From Chrysomallon squamiferum (lineage: Eukaryota > Animalia > Mollusca): a DNA stretch of 64,000 bases. The stretch lies in contig CM022675.1 of assembly GCA_012295275.1 (NCBI GenBank), positions 12,586,001-12,650,000 on the forward strand, given 5' to 3'. Numbering within the stretch: position 1 is the first letter of the stretch; every line of letters begins with the position of its first letter. Below are positions 40,861-52,900 of this stretch, in pieces. A program made the translations under genes and the position numbers. Under the pieces are notes generated by a model. It saw only the letters and a program-made list of their open reading frames with translations. It had not been told where the DNA came from and did no database searches.

Positions 40861-41778
40861 GTAACCTTTAAATTAATTACTTTATTTCTTTGTTTGTTTA
40901 TTTATTTATTTAGTTAGTTAGTTAGCTATTTGTGTTCTGCAGCAGATTAGAAATATGATGTATTATTTATAAGTATATGTTTAAGTATATGTATGAATGT
41001 GTGTGTATATATATGTATATAAATCTATATATATAAATGTATGTATGTATATATGCATATATATGTATACAATAAAAATACGCTCATAGCAATTTTAATA
41101 ATGAAAAATTAATGTTACATAGCTACATGAAACTGTCTTGTGTGTTCAATAATTTCTTGTTAACAAAATACAGAATTAAAGATTTAAGCTTACCTTTTTT
41201 CCTAGACCAAGCCTTTATATATCTTTGAGTGTTTTACATTATGTAACGGAAATACTAGGAACTCTCATCTGTAATTAATTATTTCTTGTTAACAACAGTC
41301 GGATTAAAGGTCATAATTTATATATATACAAATATCTTTGAAATCCTTCACCTTTTCTCTTTTAATTGCTTTTCTTTCTCTCGCTTTTTCAAATAATTTT
41401 TTTACTATTCTTTTTCAAACGTTTATATTAGGCTTTTATTTATTTATTGTCAAAATCGTTATGATAATGATTACGAAAATAGTAATACTATGTGTGGTAG
41501 TCGTAGTTGTAGATAAAGTAGTATTAATAATTAGTTTTTGTAGTATTAATATTAGTGTATGTAGTAGCAGTACATATTACAAGTAATACTAGTAATACTT
41601 GGAAGCAGTACTAGTAGTAGTAGCAGCAGCAGCAGTACTAATAAAAAAGGACTTTGAGGATAATCACTGTTAGTAATATGTTATACCACTACAACCACTA
41701 TTACTACCACTGCTATGAATATCACCACTTTTAGCAGTAGTAGAACTAACATTTGTTGGTATTTTATCTATATAAATC

Positions 41779-41843
<65 letters not shown>

Positions 41844-42299
41844 TGTATTATATTACCATAAGGCTTTAACAGTGCTAATTAAGTAGGTCGAAATACAGTA
41901 CAGGTTTATGTGTTGAAACTGGAACTTCTTGGCTGTACGGAAGTGTGTAATCAAGTTCTTAATGAGACAGCGAATTAGTATATACATTTCAAGTGAGACA
42001 ACTTGTAACTAGCAACGTAATTTCTTTTATGTCCCAGTATACGCGCGTGCACATGTGTGTATATGTCTGTGTGATCAGATTTTGTGATTTGTGTGTAAAA
42101 AAAAAATTAACAATCTTTGCCAATTATGTTGCTTAAGTTTATGAAGCATGAAGGTTTTTGGGGGGTTTTTTTAAAAAGTAAAAAAAAAAAAATTATAATA
42201 AAAATAAAAAGTAGGTTTTGCAGCATTAATCAATATTATATACATATACGATAAATATTAAAATCAACAGCCCGCTTTAATATCTATTTTATATTCCAG

Positions 42300-42386
42300 T
42301 ATCTGTAAGTGAAAAATGGGCAAGCGGGTTAATGAATTACTCGGAAATATATTTCAGCAAGATTCACAATTTGCTACCGAACACAG
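42300..42386 (+). CDS. Stem-region exon of carbohydrate sulfotransferase
   Basis: attccag|TA TCT GTA...AAC ACA G|gtaaga, 87 nt, phase 1-1, open frame VSVSEKWASGLMNYSEIYFSKIHNLLPNT. Confidence 0.7.
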
Positions 42387-42612
42387 GTAAGAAAACACAC
42401 AAACAAAACAACAAAAAACATAAAAATTCTAAATAAAAAAAAAGAGAAAGAAAGAAAGAAATAAGGAAAGAATGATAGAAAAATATTTAGATATAATGAA
42501 ATAAAAAAATTCGATGGTAAATAAAATTTAAAAACAAAATAAAGTAAATAAATGTAGCCACAAAATATTTTATTAAACTAAGTAAAATAAAACAAACAAA
42601 CAAACAAACAAA

Positions 42613-42667
<55 letters not shown>

Positions 42668-42676
42668 ACAAACAAA

Positions 42677-42715
<39 letters not shown>

Positions 42716-42898
42716 ACAAACAAACAAATAAATAAATAAATAAATAAATATTATATAACATTGGAAAACACAATGCAAAATTAACAAAGTTTGAAAGTAA
42801 ACAAAATGTATTTAAATATTTAAACATACAATAAAAATGTACTTCGACGTGTTTAGGCTGGTTTCACGTAATGTTACTAATTAAAAAAAAAAAAAAAA

Positions 42899-42946
<48 letters not shown>

Positions 42947-42960
42947 TGTTTATGCCACAG

Positions 42961-43147
42961 AAATCTCAGCAGAACCGACGACGAAGAAACCTAAGTTTCT
43001 TTTAGTTGCGGCATACTTCCGCAGCGGATCTTCTTTTACGGCAGAAATATTCAAGCACCACGCAGGCTCTTTCTACGTGTTTGAACCACTTTATTACTTG
43101 TGGAAAAAGGACATAAATTTTCTGACGTTTCTGAATGGATCAAAACT
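42961..43147 (+). CDS. Carbohydrate sulfotransferase exon with 5'-PSB motif
   Basis: cacag|AA ATC...AAA CT|gtaagt. Encodes FLLVAAYFRSGSSFTAEIF...FYVFEPL, the RSGSSF and FEPL motifs of the Gal/GlcNAc-6-O-sulfotransferase (CHST1/3/4/5/6) family. Confidence 0.9.
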
Positions 43148-43238
43148 GTAAGTAGAGAGAAAGCAAAAATAAAGAATAAAAAAAAAAAAAAAAAATGTAC
43201 ATAGTGAAAGAATAATTCTATGCTAATGTGTACGTACG

Positions 43239-43275
<37 letters not shown>

Positions 43276-43439
43276 ATATGCATCTATCACTGTATGTATA
43301 AGAAATGTAATGGGAAAAAGTCAATAAAAGAAAAAAAGAAAAAGAATTAAAGTGAAAAGAAATGTTATGTCTTTTTGATTATACCGGTTCCTTCTACTGT
43401 TGTGAAAATTATTAAAGCAAATGATTAATTTTGTTCCAG

Positions 43440-44241
43440 CGTGTTGAAGGACATGGAAGTTAGGACAGCGGAATCTGTCAGAACTCTAAATAGCTGTTTT
43501 CATTGCCATTTCGAAGAGCTTGCAGTGGAAGTTTTGACACACAAAAGCTTTCTGATGAGAAATTTGAAATTAGATTCTTACATAAAGTGCATTGAAAAAA
43601 CGAAAAAGCGACTTGAAATTAAAAAATGTCTTCCTTATTTGAAAGAGGAGTGTGAAAAGTCGTCTGTCCGAGTCGTAAAAATTATCCGTTTATCTCTCAG
43701 CGTGTTGCAGACGATGTTGGAGAAAAATGCTAATTTGAAGATATTGCACTTGATACGAGATCCGAGGGGAATTCTGTACTCTAGAAAAAATATCTTCAAA
43801 ATCAAAACTTTTAGCGAAACTCTAAAAAATATGTCCACAGATCTATGTCAGCGTATGGAACGCAATCTCAACACATCAGATATTTTTAAAAAACTGTTTC
43901 CAAGCAGAACCGCGGTCGTCAGGTATGAAACAGTGGCGAGGAGCCCAGTAAATGAAGCTAAACGTTTATTCAAATTTCTCCGGATTCAGCCGACATTTGG
44001 CGACTTGGCTCATGTTTACTGCAAAGCTTACTCAGATAGCGCTGTTACGGACAGTTATGGAACGACACGACAGAATTCATCGTTAATCGCTTACAAATGG
44101 TTGAAAACGGCCAAATTCAGTGATTTACAAATTATAGACAGTTGCTGTAGAGGATTGTACAGTAAAGCGGGTTATCTCCCCATTGAGAATGAACAATCTC
44201 GGTCTCGTGAACCTATTGCTGAAGATGATTTTCTTCATTGA
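43440..44241 (+). CDS. Terminal exon of carbohydrate 6-O-sulfotransferase (CHST1-like family)
   Basis: ttccag|C GTG, phase 2. Contains VVKIIR, the 3'-PB motif ILHLIRDPRGILYSR, VVRYE and the C-terminal W...C...GY pattern. Confidence 0.92.
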
Positions 44242-44503
44242 AACATGCTTCACATGGTGACTTTCACTTATAAAATTAGTTATAGAGAGTTAGTGTTAGA
44301 AGCGGATCGTAATGTTCTTTAAAAAGGGAGCACCATCCATAGAGGTAGCTGTTTGAATATGTAAACAAACAAACCAAAGAAAGAAATAAATTAAAAAAAC
44401 AAGCACAGCACCAACCAACCAACCAAATAACCAAATAAATAAATATAATATTAAACGTATTTATGTTTTTGTTATATAGTTCAGTTACAACTACTACTAC
44501 TCC

Positions 44504-44536
<33 letters not shown>

Positions 44537-45284
44537 CATAAAGTGGAATAATCGGTTGAGTGATTTCATCATACAGTTTAATTCTAGGTATCTGACAAGC
44601 ATTGATACCAAGATTACAGCCTCTTGTTTAAGAGACGGAATTACTATCGTAAATGTAAGCAAAACACTGGCAAATATAAAAACAGAAACATAAGTTAATA
44701 TCTGGTTACCAACTACACAAATACCTAATGCTGTATGTAAAATATACATACATGCGTGCATTACGTACAGACCAATTATCATTAAACGTAGGTGACGTCG
44801 CTTGATCAAAGCCGAGGGTAGGATTTTCAAATACCTGCCATCAGTATTCACAAGAGGTTATTTTAAGAATAACCTGATTACGGAACATGTTAAATAAATA
44901 CAGTTCATAGTACAGATTAAATTTGAAATTCATGATTTCAGTAGAGAAACAGACCACGCACACACATAAAACAAAAACTGACAGCAATTACAGTTTAAAT
45001 AAATAATTCTTGGTTTTCTTTAAGTGATATAGTTAAATCATTATTGCTGTTGTGCTTTATTGTTTTTATTTATTATTATTATTATTATTTAAGTTGAAAC
45101 ATGAAATTAAATCATAAAAACGGAACAAGTTAAATACACATGAAATAATCATTCAATAAATGTCCTGTTAGTCTCTATTTATATCTCCTGTCATCTTTTA
45201 CTATGATCAAGTACGAATTAGAATGAACAAATGTATGTTGTTGTGAAAAGAAAACGTCAGCAAATTGTATAGTCAAAAAATAAA

Positions 45285-45323
<39 letters not shown>

Positions 45324-45884
45324 TTAAAAATTAAAAAATTAAAAAATTAAAAAAATATATAAGCGAGAGGGGAATTTCGTATTATTGTTGTTGATTTTTT
45401 TAAATCATAATAAAACCTAAGTCATTCACCTTTCTAAACTCGTGTTTCCTGAATATCTGTTTGTGTATATATCTAACTAACGTAATAAAGTTCTGAAACA
45501 AAACAAGAATCTTAGGTATATATATATTTTTTTCCTTTTTGTAATTAAAACCGCTCTTCCCAAGATAAAAATTTTGATAGAGTTGTATTTATAAAGACGT
45601 CTGTATGAACTAATGCTAGTTTAAAACTTGCATAGCCCATTTTATTTACCCCCCACCCTTTTTCTGTACTTTAAACGCACAATTAAAAAAGAAAACATGT
45701 TGAAATGTTAAATATTGGCAGTAATGATTAAAAAATAATACTAAACAAATAATAATAATAACAATAATAATAATTTTTTTTTTTTTTAAAGTCTTTAAAA
45801 AGAGTATTCAACTTGTAAGAGAATAAATAAAAATATAATAAGTTAATAAAATACGAGAGAAGAAAATACACTTATGTTTGTTCA

Positions 45885-46145
45885 AGATTTGTTACGTCAC
45901 CTTACTGGCAGAGGCCCGATTAGGAATAATCATAATACCACAACCGGTTGTAACGTGCTTATTGTTCACGCAAGATATATGTATTATCAAAACGAACTGA
46001 TGCACGAGTCACAAAAATAAAAAGTCCTGATGCAGCGAAAAAAGTATTTATTGTAGTTCAGTTTGAAGATACAAATAATCCTTTTCGCGCCCGTTCAGAT
46101 TTCAAGTTTCAAAAATCATTGTGTAGGGGTGCGTCGATATTAATA
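45885..46145 (+). promoter_or_regulatory. Probable promoter of the large coiled-coil gene
   Basis: CpG-retaining island with CRE-like TTACGTCA (~45892), CHR-like TTTGAA (~46062) and E2F-like TTTCGCGC (~46083), about 1.3 kb upstream of the ATG. Confidence 0.35.
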
Positions 46146-47355
46146 AAAACGAATGTAATGACTTAAAGATGCTATCAATTGACAAAATAACATGAATTTA
46201 TATAAATATCTGATATAATATATTATGCTTTTTGGAAATTTTATTAAATATTACTTGTGCTTAAAATTATTATTCAATTTAAAAACCTCACACCCACATA
46301 CTGTGTGGACTAGCTTAATTTCCGGTCAAAGGTGAACTTTGCTGTTGCGTCTGCTCCTAAAGCGGTTTTTTAATTTTTAATTTATGTTTTCATTTTAAAT
46401 CGACAAACTGAAAAGAAGTATACTTAAATATGAAAGTTTCAGGTTTGCTATACATTTCTGTAAGAAAGTAAGATAATAATAATAATAATAATAATAATAA
46501 TAGTATTGAAACAGAAAAAACTGTTCGTATGGGCCTTGGTTTGAGGCTGGGAAAAATGGTGAATTGTGATCTCAGAGTAAGCAGTAACCTATGTAATGCA
46601 CAGATTTGACAATGTTAATATATCATATATGGCACCTGTAATATATTTATTTTATTTATGATAAGGTAAAAATCGCTATTTATTGATTTAGGCACAACGT
46701 ACTAGCCAAAAACAGTCATAATTAAAGATCAATTTTGTTGTGCATATCTACCAAAAAGTAAAATTTTGAGCCATTTTTTTTATTTCAAAGCTTTCACTCA
46801 AGAAACAACCAAATAAATACAATACCAGTATTTGGAAAAATGCAGATACCAGTCTCCCAGTCTTATCTGCAGTTGTCGTGGGGTAAAACGGCAGCATTCA
46901 AAGCAGGCAGAACAATAACACTTGTTCGCTTGATATGTTTTACCAACTTCTTGGCTACATTTTCTGAATTAAATTTATTTCAAAGTCAGAAGTCCCACAT
47001 ATCAGAAGTTGAGGTCATAGTAATCCACATTGTTGCTATTTTATATTTCTACTGAAAATGAACCTCATAATGAAGTTGCAGCAGAATCTGAGGAGAAAGG
47101 TTGAAACTGCTGTTTTATTTACCAGAAATGGCAGTGTTTTATTAATGTTAACAAAATACTGAGTTAAACATTAATTAAAAGTAAAAAAATAATAATATAA
47201 AAATTAAAATTAAAAAGGAAAGAAATCTTATTTTACTATATTCAGTATTTTAACACATAAAGAATATATTTCTTAGCATTTAGATATTCAGATATTTAGG
47301 TTTTATTTCCAGTTTCTGATGTGATTGTAAATGTTAAACAAATAGAGGAGCCAAA

Positions 47356-49054
47356 ATGAAAAGAGTTCCAAGAAATGTGTTGACTGTTAAAGTAAAGAAA
47401 GGAAATAACTCAGAGAAAGGGAAAAGAAACACATCTGAAGAAAACAAATTGCAACCAATTCAGAAACATAAAACTAGTTCATTTAAAAAACATAGCTTAC
47501 TAACTCATGAAATATCAAATGATGAATCTAGACTAAGTATAATCAAAGAAACTCACTCAGATAAAGAATGTAAACTATCTGAAGGACAGGAGCCAAACAC
47601 AGATGAAAAATGCAAGATAAGTTTGCTTGAAGGACATTGCTCAAAGACAGATACAGGAAAGAAATTAAACACTATAGAAGACTATGGGCAAAGGATTGAG
47701 ATGGAAGATATTTTGAACACAGTCGGAGGACAAGGACCAAGGATGGAGACTAAAGGGATATCAAATACAAAGGAAAGACTTGAGCCAAACACAGATTCAG
47801 AACAAAAGTTAAGCCCTGTTGAAGATCACAGATCAACAATGGATAAAGAACAGAAGTTAAGGTCAACGGAGGGTTCCAGGCTAGGCACTGATACAGAACG
47901 GTGGTTTAGCCATGCTGAACATCTCAGGCTAAACACAGATAAAGAGAGGAGGTTTAGCCACAATGAACGTCTCAGCCCAAACACAGATAAAGAGAGGAGG
48001 TTTAGCCACAATGAACGTCTCAGCCCAAACACAGATAAAGAGAGGAGGTTTAGCCACAATGAACGTCTCAGCCCAAACACAGATAAAGAGAGGAGGTTTA
48101 GCCACAATGAACGTCTCAGCCCAAACACAGATAAAGAGAGGAGGTTTAGCCACAATGAACGTCTCAGCCCAAACATAGATAAAGAGAGGAGGTTTAGCCA
48201 CAATGAACGTCTCAGCCCAAACACAGATAAAGGTTTAGCCACAATGAAGGTTCAGCCCAAACATAGATAAAGAGAGGAGGTTTAGCCACAATGAACGTCT
48301 CAGCCCAAACACAGATAAAGAGAGGAGGTTTAGCCACAATGAACGTCTCAGCCCAAACACAGATAAAGAGAGGAGGTTTAGCCACGTTGAACGTCTAAAG
48401 CCAGGCACATATACAGAGAGGAGATTTAGCCATACTGAACGTCTCAGCCCAAACACAGATAAAGAGAGGAGGTTTAGCCATAATGAACGTCTCAGCCCAA
48501 GCACAGATACAGAGAGGAGGTTTAGCCATGCTGAACATCACAGGCCAAACATGTATACAGAACGGAGATTTAGCCATTCTCAAGGTCACAGGCCAAGCAT
48601 ATATACAGAGAGGAGATGTAGCCATGCTCAAGGTCACAGGACAAGCACAGTTAAAGAACGGAGGTTTAACCATGCTGAAGGTCACAGACCAAACACAATT
48701 AAAGAACAGAGTTCTAGCCATGATGAAGGACATGGGCCAAGCACAGATAAAGAACTGAAATTAAGCTTTGTTGAAGGACATGGGGATATGACTGATAAAG
48801 AAAAGAAACAAAGTTCAGTTAGAGGAAAAAGACGAAAACAAGATAAATCGAGAGTTGCAAGCAGACTAAGATCTTCATTAAAAAAGGAAGAGCCAGAAAA
48901 ATCCATTCCGGAGATGACAGTAATTCCAGTCTCATCCAGCAGTGACGACATTTTTTCTGAAATGCCGATGTATGATGTAGATGATTCAAAAAAACGTCGA
49001 TTACGAACAAGCATCCGTGAAGAATTAGATGAAATATTTGAACGAGTGCTCAAG
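47356..49054 (+). CDS. Large first coding exon of an uncharacterised coiled-coil protein; carries a 16-aa repeat array and one apparent frameshift at 48221-48260
   Basis: ORF 47356..48270 and the frame of ORF 48551..49150 encode the same NTDKERRFSHNERLSP repeat. It ends ...EIFERVLK|gtgaat (phase 0) and joins the next exon in frame. Confidence 0.75.
47885..48760 (+). repeat. Coding 48-bp minisatellite (ACACAGATAAAGAGAGGAGGTTTAGCCACAATGAACGTCTCAGCCCAA), ~18 units
   Basis: Perfect central units with diverged flanks. One unit is only 40 bp. Confidence 0.95.
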
Positions 49055-49994
49055 GTGAATTATGATTTATCTTTGCAGATAACATTTATGCTGCTAAACA
49101 CATTTCACTATAATTCTTTTCATGTGATTATAGGTTTCCATATTACATAAAGTGTGACTGCAAGCTTATCTACACATATCACAAACATACAATACATACA
49201 CACAGAGTTCATAATCAAAATATGTATATGAAAATTCATTATGTGCATGTTTTTGATATATTATTTTAGAGTTTGCAGCTTGGTGGATTTGATGATGAAC
49301 AAAAAGAAAGCGAATTTGAAAAAGAGAATGAGGTATAACACACACACACACACACACACATTCACACACACTCAAATATATAACAGGTGCATTTTTTGTT
49401 TCTTTGCAGTTTTCCTTGTTTATTATCATCAGAGTGCTTTGAGATATTCAACTGAATTTTTAAAATTAAAAAAATATGTATTATTATTATTATTTAATTA
49501 TTTTTTTAATAACTTAATAAAATTTTATTAACTTTTTGAATATTGGTTAATTTTTTTTTATATTTCATGTTTTTTGAAAATTTCCTCATCATTGAATTTA
49601 TTAAATAAACTAGTATGATATATCTAAAAAAAAATTTAATTTTATATTTTATCACAATATGCTTAAAATATATTATACTTCACCAATAGACTGTTAACCT
49701 GAGACAGGACTAGTTTAAAGCGTTAATTCTATTTCTTGTTTCCAAAAATTGTTGTAACACAGGTTTATTAAAGACCATAGTTTACTAGTATATGATTTCC
49801 TGTCTAATGTATAAAATTATGCTGCTAATTGATATAATGTTAGTATTTGTGTACATTTTTATCTCACACATTATTTTACAAAAACTTTATTCTTGACATC
49901 AGATATTAAAATATTAATATTAAAATGTCAAGGAGTCATTAAACATTATTATCTTTATATTCAGTATTTACTTTTTTAATACTGTATCTTGTAG

Positions 49995-52900
49995 TTTGAA
50001 TTGTCAAAGGAAAGAAGAAATCTGATGCAGGATGTACAAGAATATGTTGCAGACTGCAACGAACGATTTAAGGCAGTGTCGCAAGTCAATGACTGGATTG
50101 AATTGAAAAAAGAGGATTTAGTACGCATATTCTTACTATACAATTTTAATTTGATTTGCCACTATACAGTATATCTTGACCTATTATGATGCACACACTG
50201 AATGCAGCAGTTAAAAACATTAATAAATATACACAATATACATTATGTCAAATGAATTAAATGGATTTCTAAAAATAAATCAGTGGATTTTGGGAGGTAT
50301 TTTATTTTTATTTTTTTGTATAATCATTGTTTTCTTTTATATCAACAGATAGATTTTATTAAAACGTTTGAGAAAATCATCAATGAAAATGAAATGGATA
50401 TGACTAATGCAGAGGAAGCAATTACGTATGTAGCGAGTTTGATTGCTTAAGTTTAGAAAATGAACTGATAATAATAATAATAATAGTATTATATTAAATA
50501 ATAATAATAGTAATAAAATACTGTAATGATGATGAGAAAAGTTATAATAACGAAATAATCAAAGTAATAAGGATGCAAAAATATAATGAATAAAGTAAAG
50601 ATTAAAGTACGTAAGAATAACATTTGTTTTCATAGTCTTAGGGTTTTTTTATTTGCATTTATGAGATATCTTCATCTAATCATTCAAGCCCAAAAACATT
50701 TGATGAAATGTTATTTGCAATCAGTTTTTAGCTCAGAATTAATCTTTTTGAAATAGTATTCCTGAAACTAATATACTGTTGACTGATGTCATCTGAATGG
50801 TATATAACCAACACTCTTTTTCTCTTATTACAGACAAATTTTAAATGAATTTGCTGAAAAGAAACAACACATGGCCATTGTTGGTAATTATGTGTTGGCA
50901 AAAATCCGACACACCATTGATGGACCGTAAGATGTAGATTAAATGTATATTACATATAAACTGTCAAGAGTATGGTTTTAAAATATAAAGAATTATTTCT
51001 AAAAACCAATCTAAATCTTCGACTGAGTGATATTTATTTTATTTCTATTACAATAACAATACTTCATTGTCTTTGTTCTTTTAATTTAAAAAAATAATAC
51101 TAATAATAATAATAATAATAATCATAATGTTTTAAATTTACAATTAGAATTTAGTGTTTATTATATATTTTTAAATTAAAATTAATATTTTCTGTTTGTC
51201 ACCCATCTTTTATTTAGAATTATCTTTTATTTATCATTTTACATTTAAACAAATTTATAAATATCTGCATCATATTATTTTGGAAATTGTGCATCTGTGT
51301 GAACAGTATTTATGATGAGGAACTGTAAGATAATATTTACCAGAAAACTATACATGTATGTGTCTTGTTTTTCTTCTTTTTCTTCATACTTTGTTGTTTA
51401 AGAAATAGTAATAAATGATACAGATATAACTAATTTAAAAACAATTACCAGCAAATTTACATTTCTTGGCTATCTCATAACATCTCAAAATCTGTAGATT
51501 ATTTGTAAGAAAAATCTTCATTAATTTTATATTTGTTTCTTCCTTTATTTCCTTTCATTCATTCACTCTTTTTATACTGTAGAATTTCAAAAAGTCTTGC
51601 ACATATCAATGTATTGGGAGGTAAGATTTTTGTGTCGCTCTTTGTTTGTTGTCTAAACAACTAATGTGAAAGTATCATTAAGATGCTGACTGTTAATGAT
51701 TTGCTGTACTTAGTATAATCATAAGTTATATTTATAAACACAAATCCACACAACACGTGTGTGTGTGTCTGTATATACATATATTTATAAACTAAATTAG
51801 TGGAACTTTAGAAGGGAAAATATTTCAGATACTTGGATTGTTAGAGATGATATTCAATATTTTATTAATTTAAGAGCCATAAATATTGTCATAACATAGG
51901 GTACTCTTCATTTTATTGGTAGTAGGATTTTTTTTTATACATCCTTTCCACTGACAGGAAAACATGGTCTATGAGCTTTGGTAAGCATGTTTTGGGGGAG
52001 GGAAATAGCCCAATAGTAGCAACAAAAAGGCATAATTTTACACCAGTTATGCTTCATTGCTTTTTTTTTAATTTCAGAGAAAATACTCATGTCCTCAATG
52101 GATAAATGGAATGAAGCAGCAAATAAAATTAAAGCTGTGTTGAATGAAGCCTATGAGTTTGTAGAAGCAGCACCATTAAAAAGTGGTTTGTATTCATATT
52201 CATAATGATTAATCCTGAGATTTATTCCATTTTGTTTCTGTATATTTTACTGTTTTTCACATTTGTCAGAACAATTTTTAAGACTCTATATGAGTTAACA
52301 CTTGTACATAAACCTTTTAAGGTAAACTGTATTTTTTTCAAACATTTATTGCTTGGAGCTAACATCTAAGCTGAGATGTGGATCTAGGAAATATAAGAGC
52401 AGATGTGCTAAGTAGCCTGAAGAGCAGGTCAGCAGTTGTTGGCAAATACTGGAAGGATGAGCACCAAGTCCTACCAGGAGTGTTGGGGACATGACCCTCA
52501 CTGAAAATTTAGAAAAATGTGATGCATTCTGGTGCATTTTTATGGGACAAAAATGTCAGTTTGAAAGTAATGAATGTGCATGTTTTTTTTTCTGGACACG
52601 TTTTGATAGCTGGGTTTATCAGAAAATTAATTTATCATCATTTTCACAATCATATGACTTTGGCACTGACTTTACTTGTGCAACCATCAATCACTGAGTA
52701 AATGTTTATCTCATAATTAACATATATATTCTTGTGCTGTACACATACATGTATATATATATAGTTTTCCTATTGAATGAAAATCACATGCAGTTAATAC
52801 TGAAAATGTCACCTTGAATTGACTGATGTGTAATAACATGTTACATAATACAGTATTTATATTTTTACAGCTTTACACAACAGTGCAGCACAGTTTAACA

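Noticed and set aside
44276-44851. 191-aa hydrophobic minus-strand ORF
   Set aside because: Built partly from (ATA)n and AT-rich sequence in the sulfotransferase 3' region, with no recognisable domain.
47826-48758. Alternative-frame and antisense ORFs over the 48-bp repeat
   Set aside because: Shadows of the coding minisatellite. Only the RRFS frame connects to unique sequence and splice sites.
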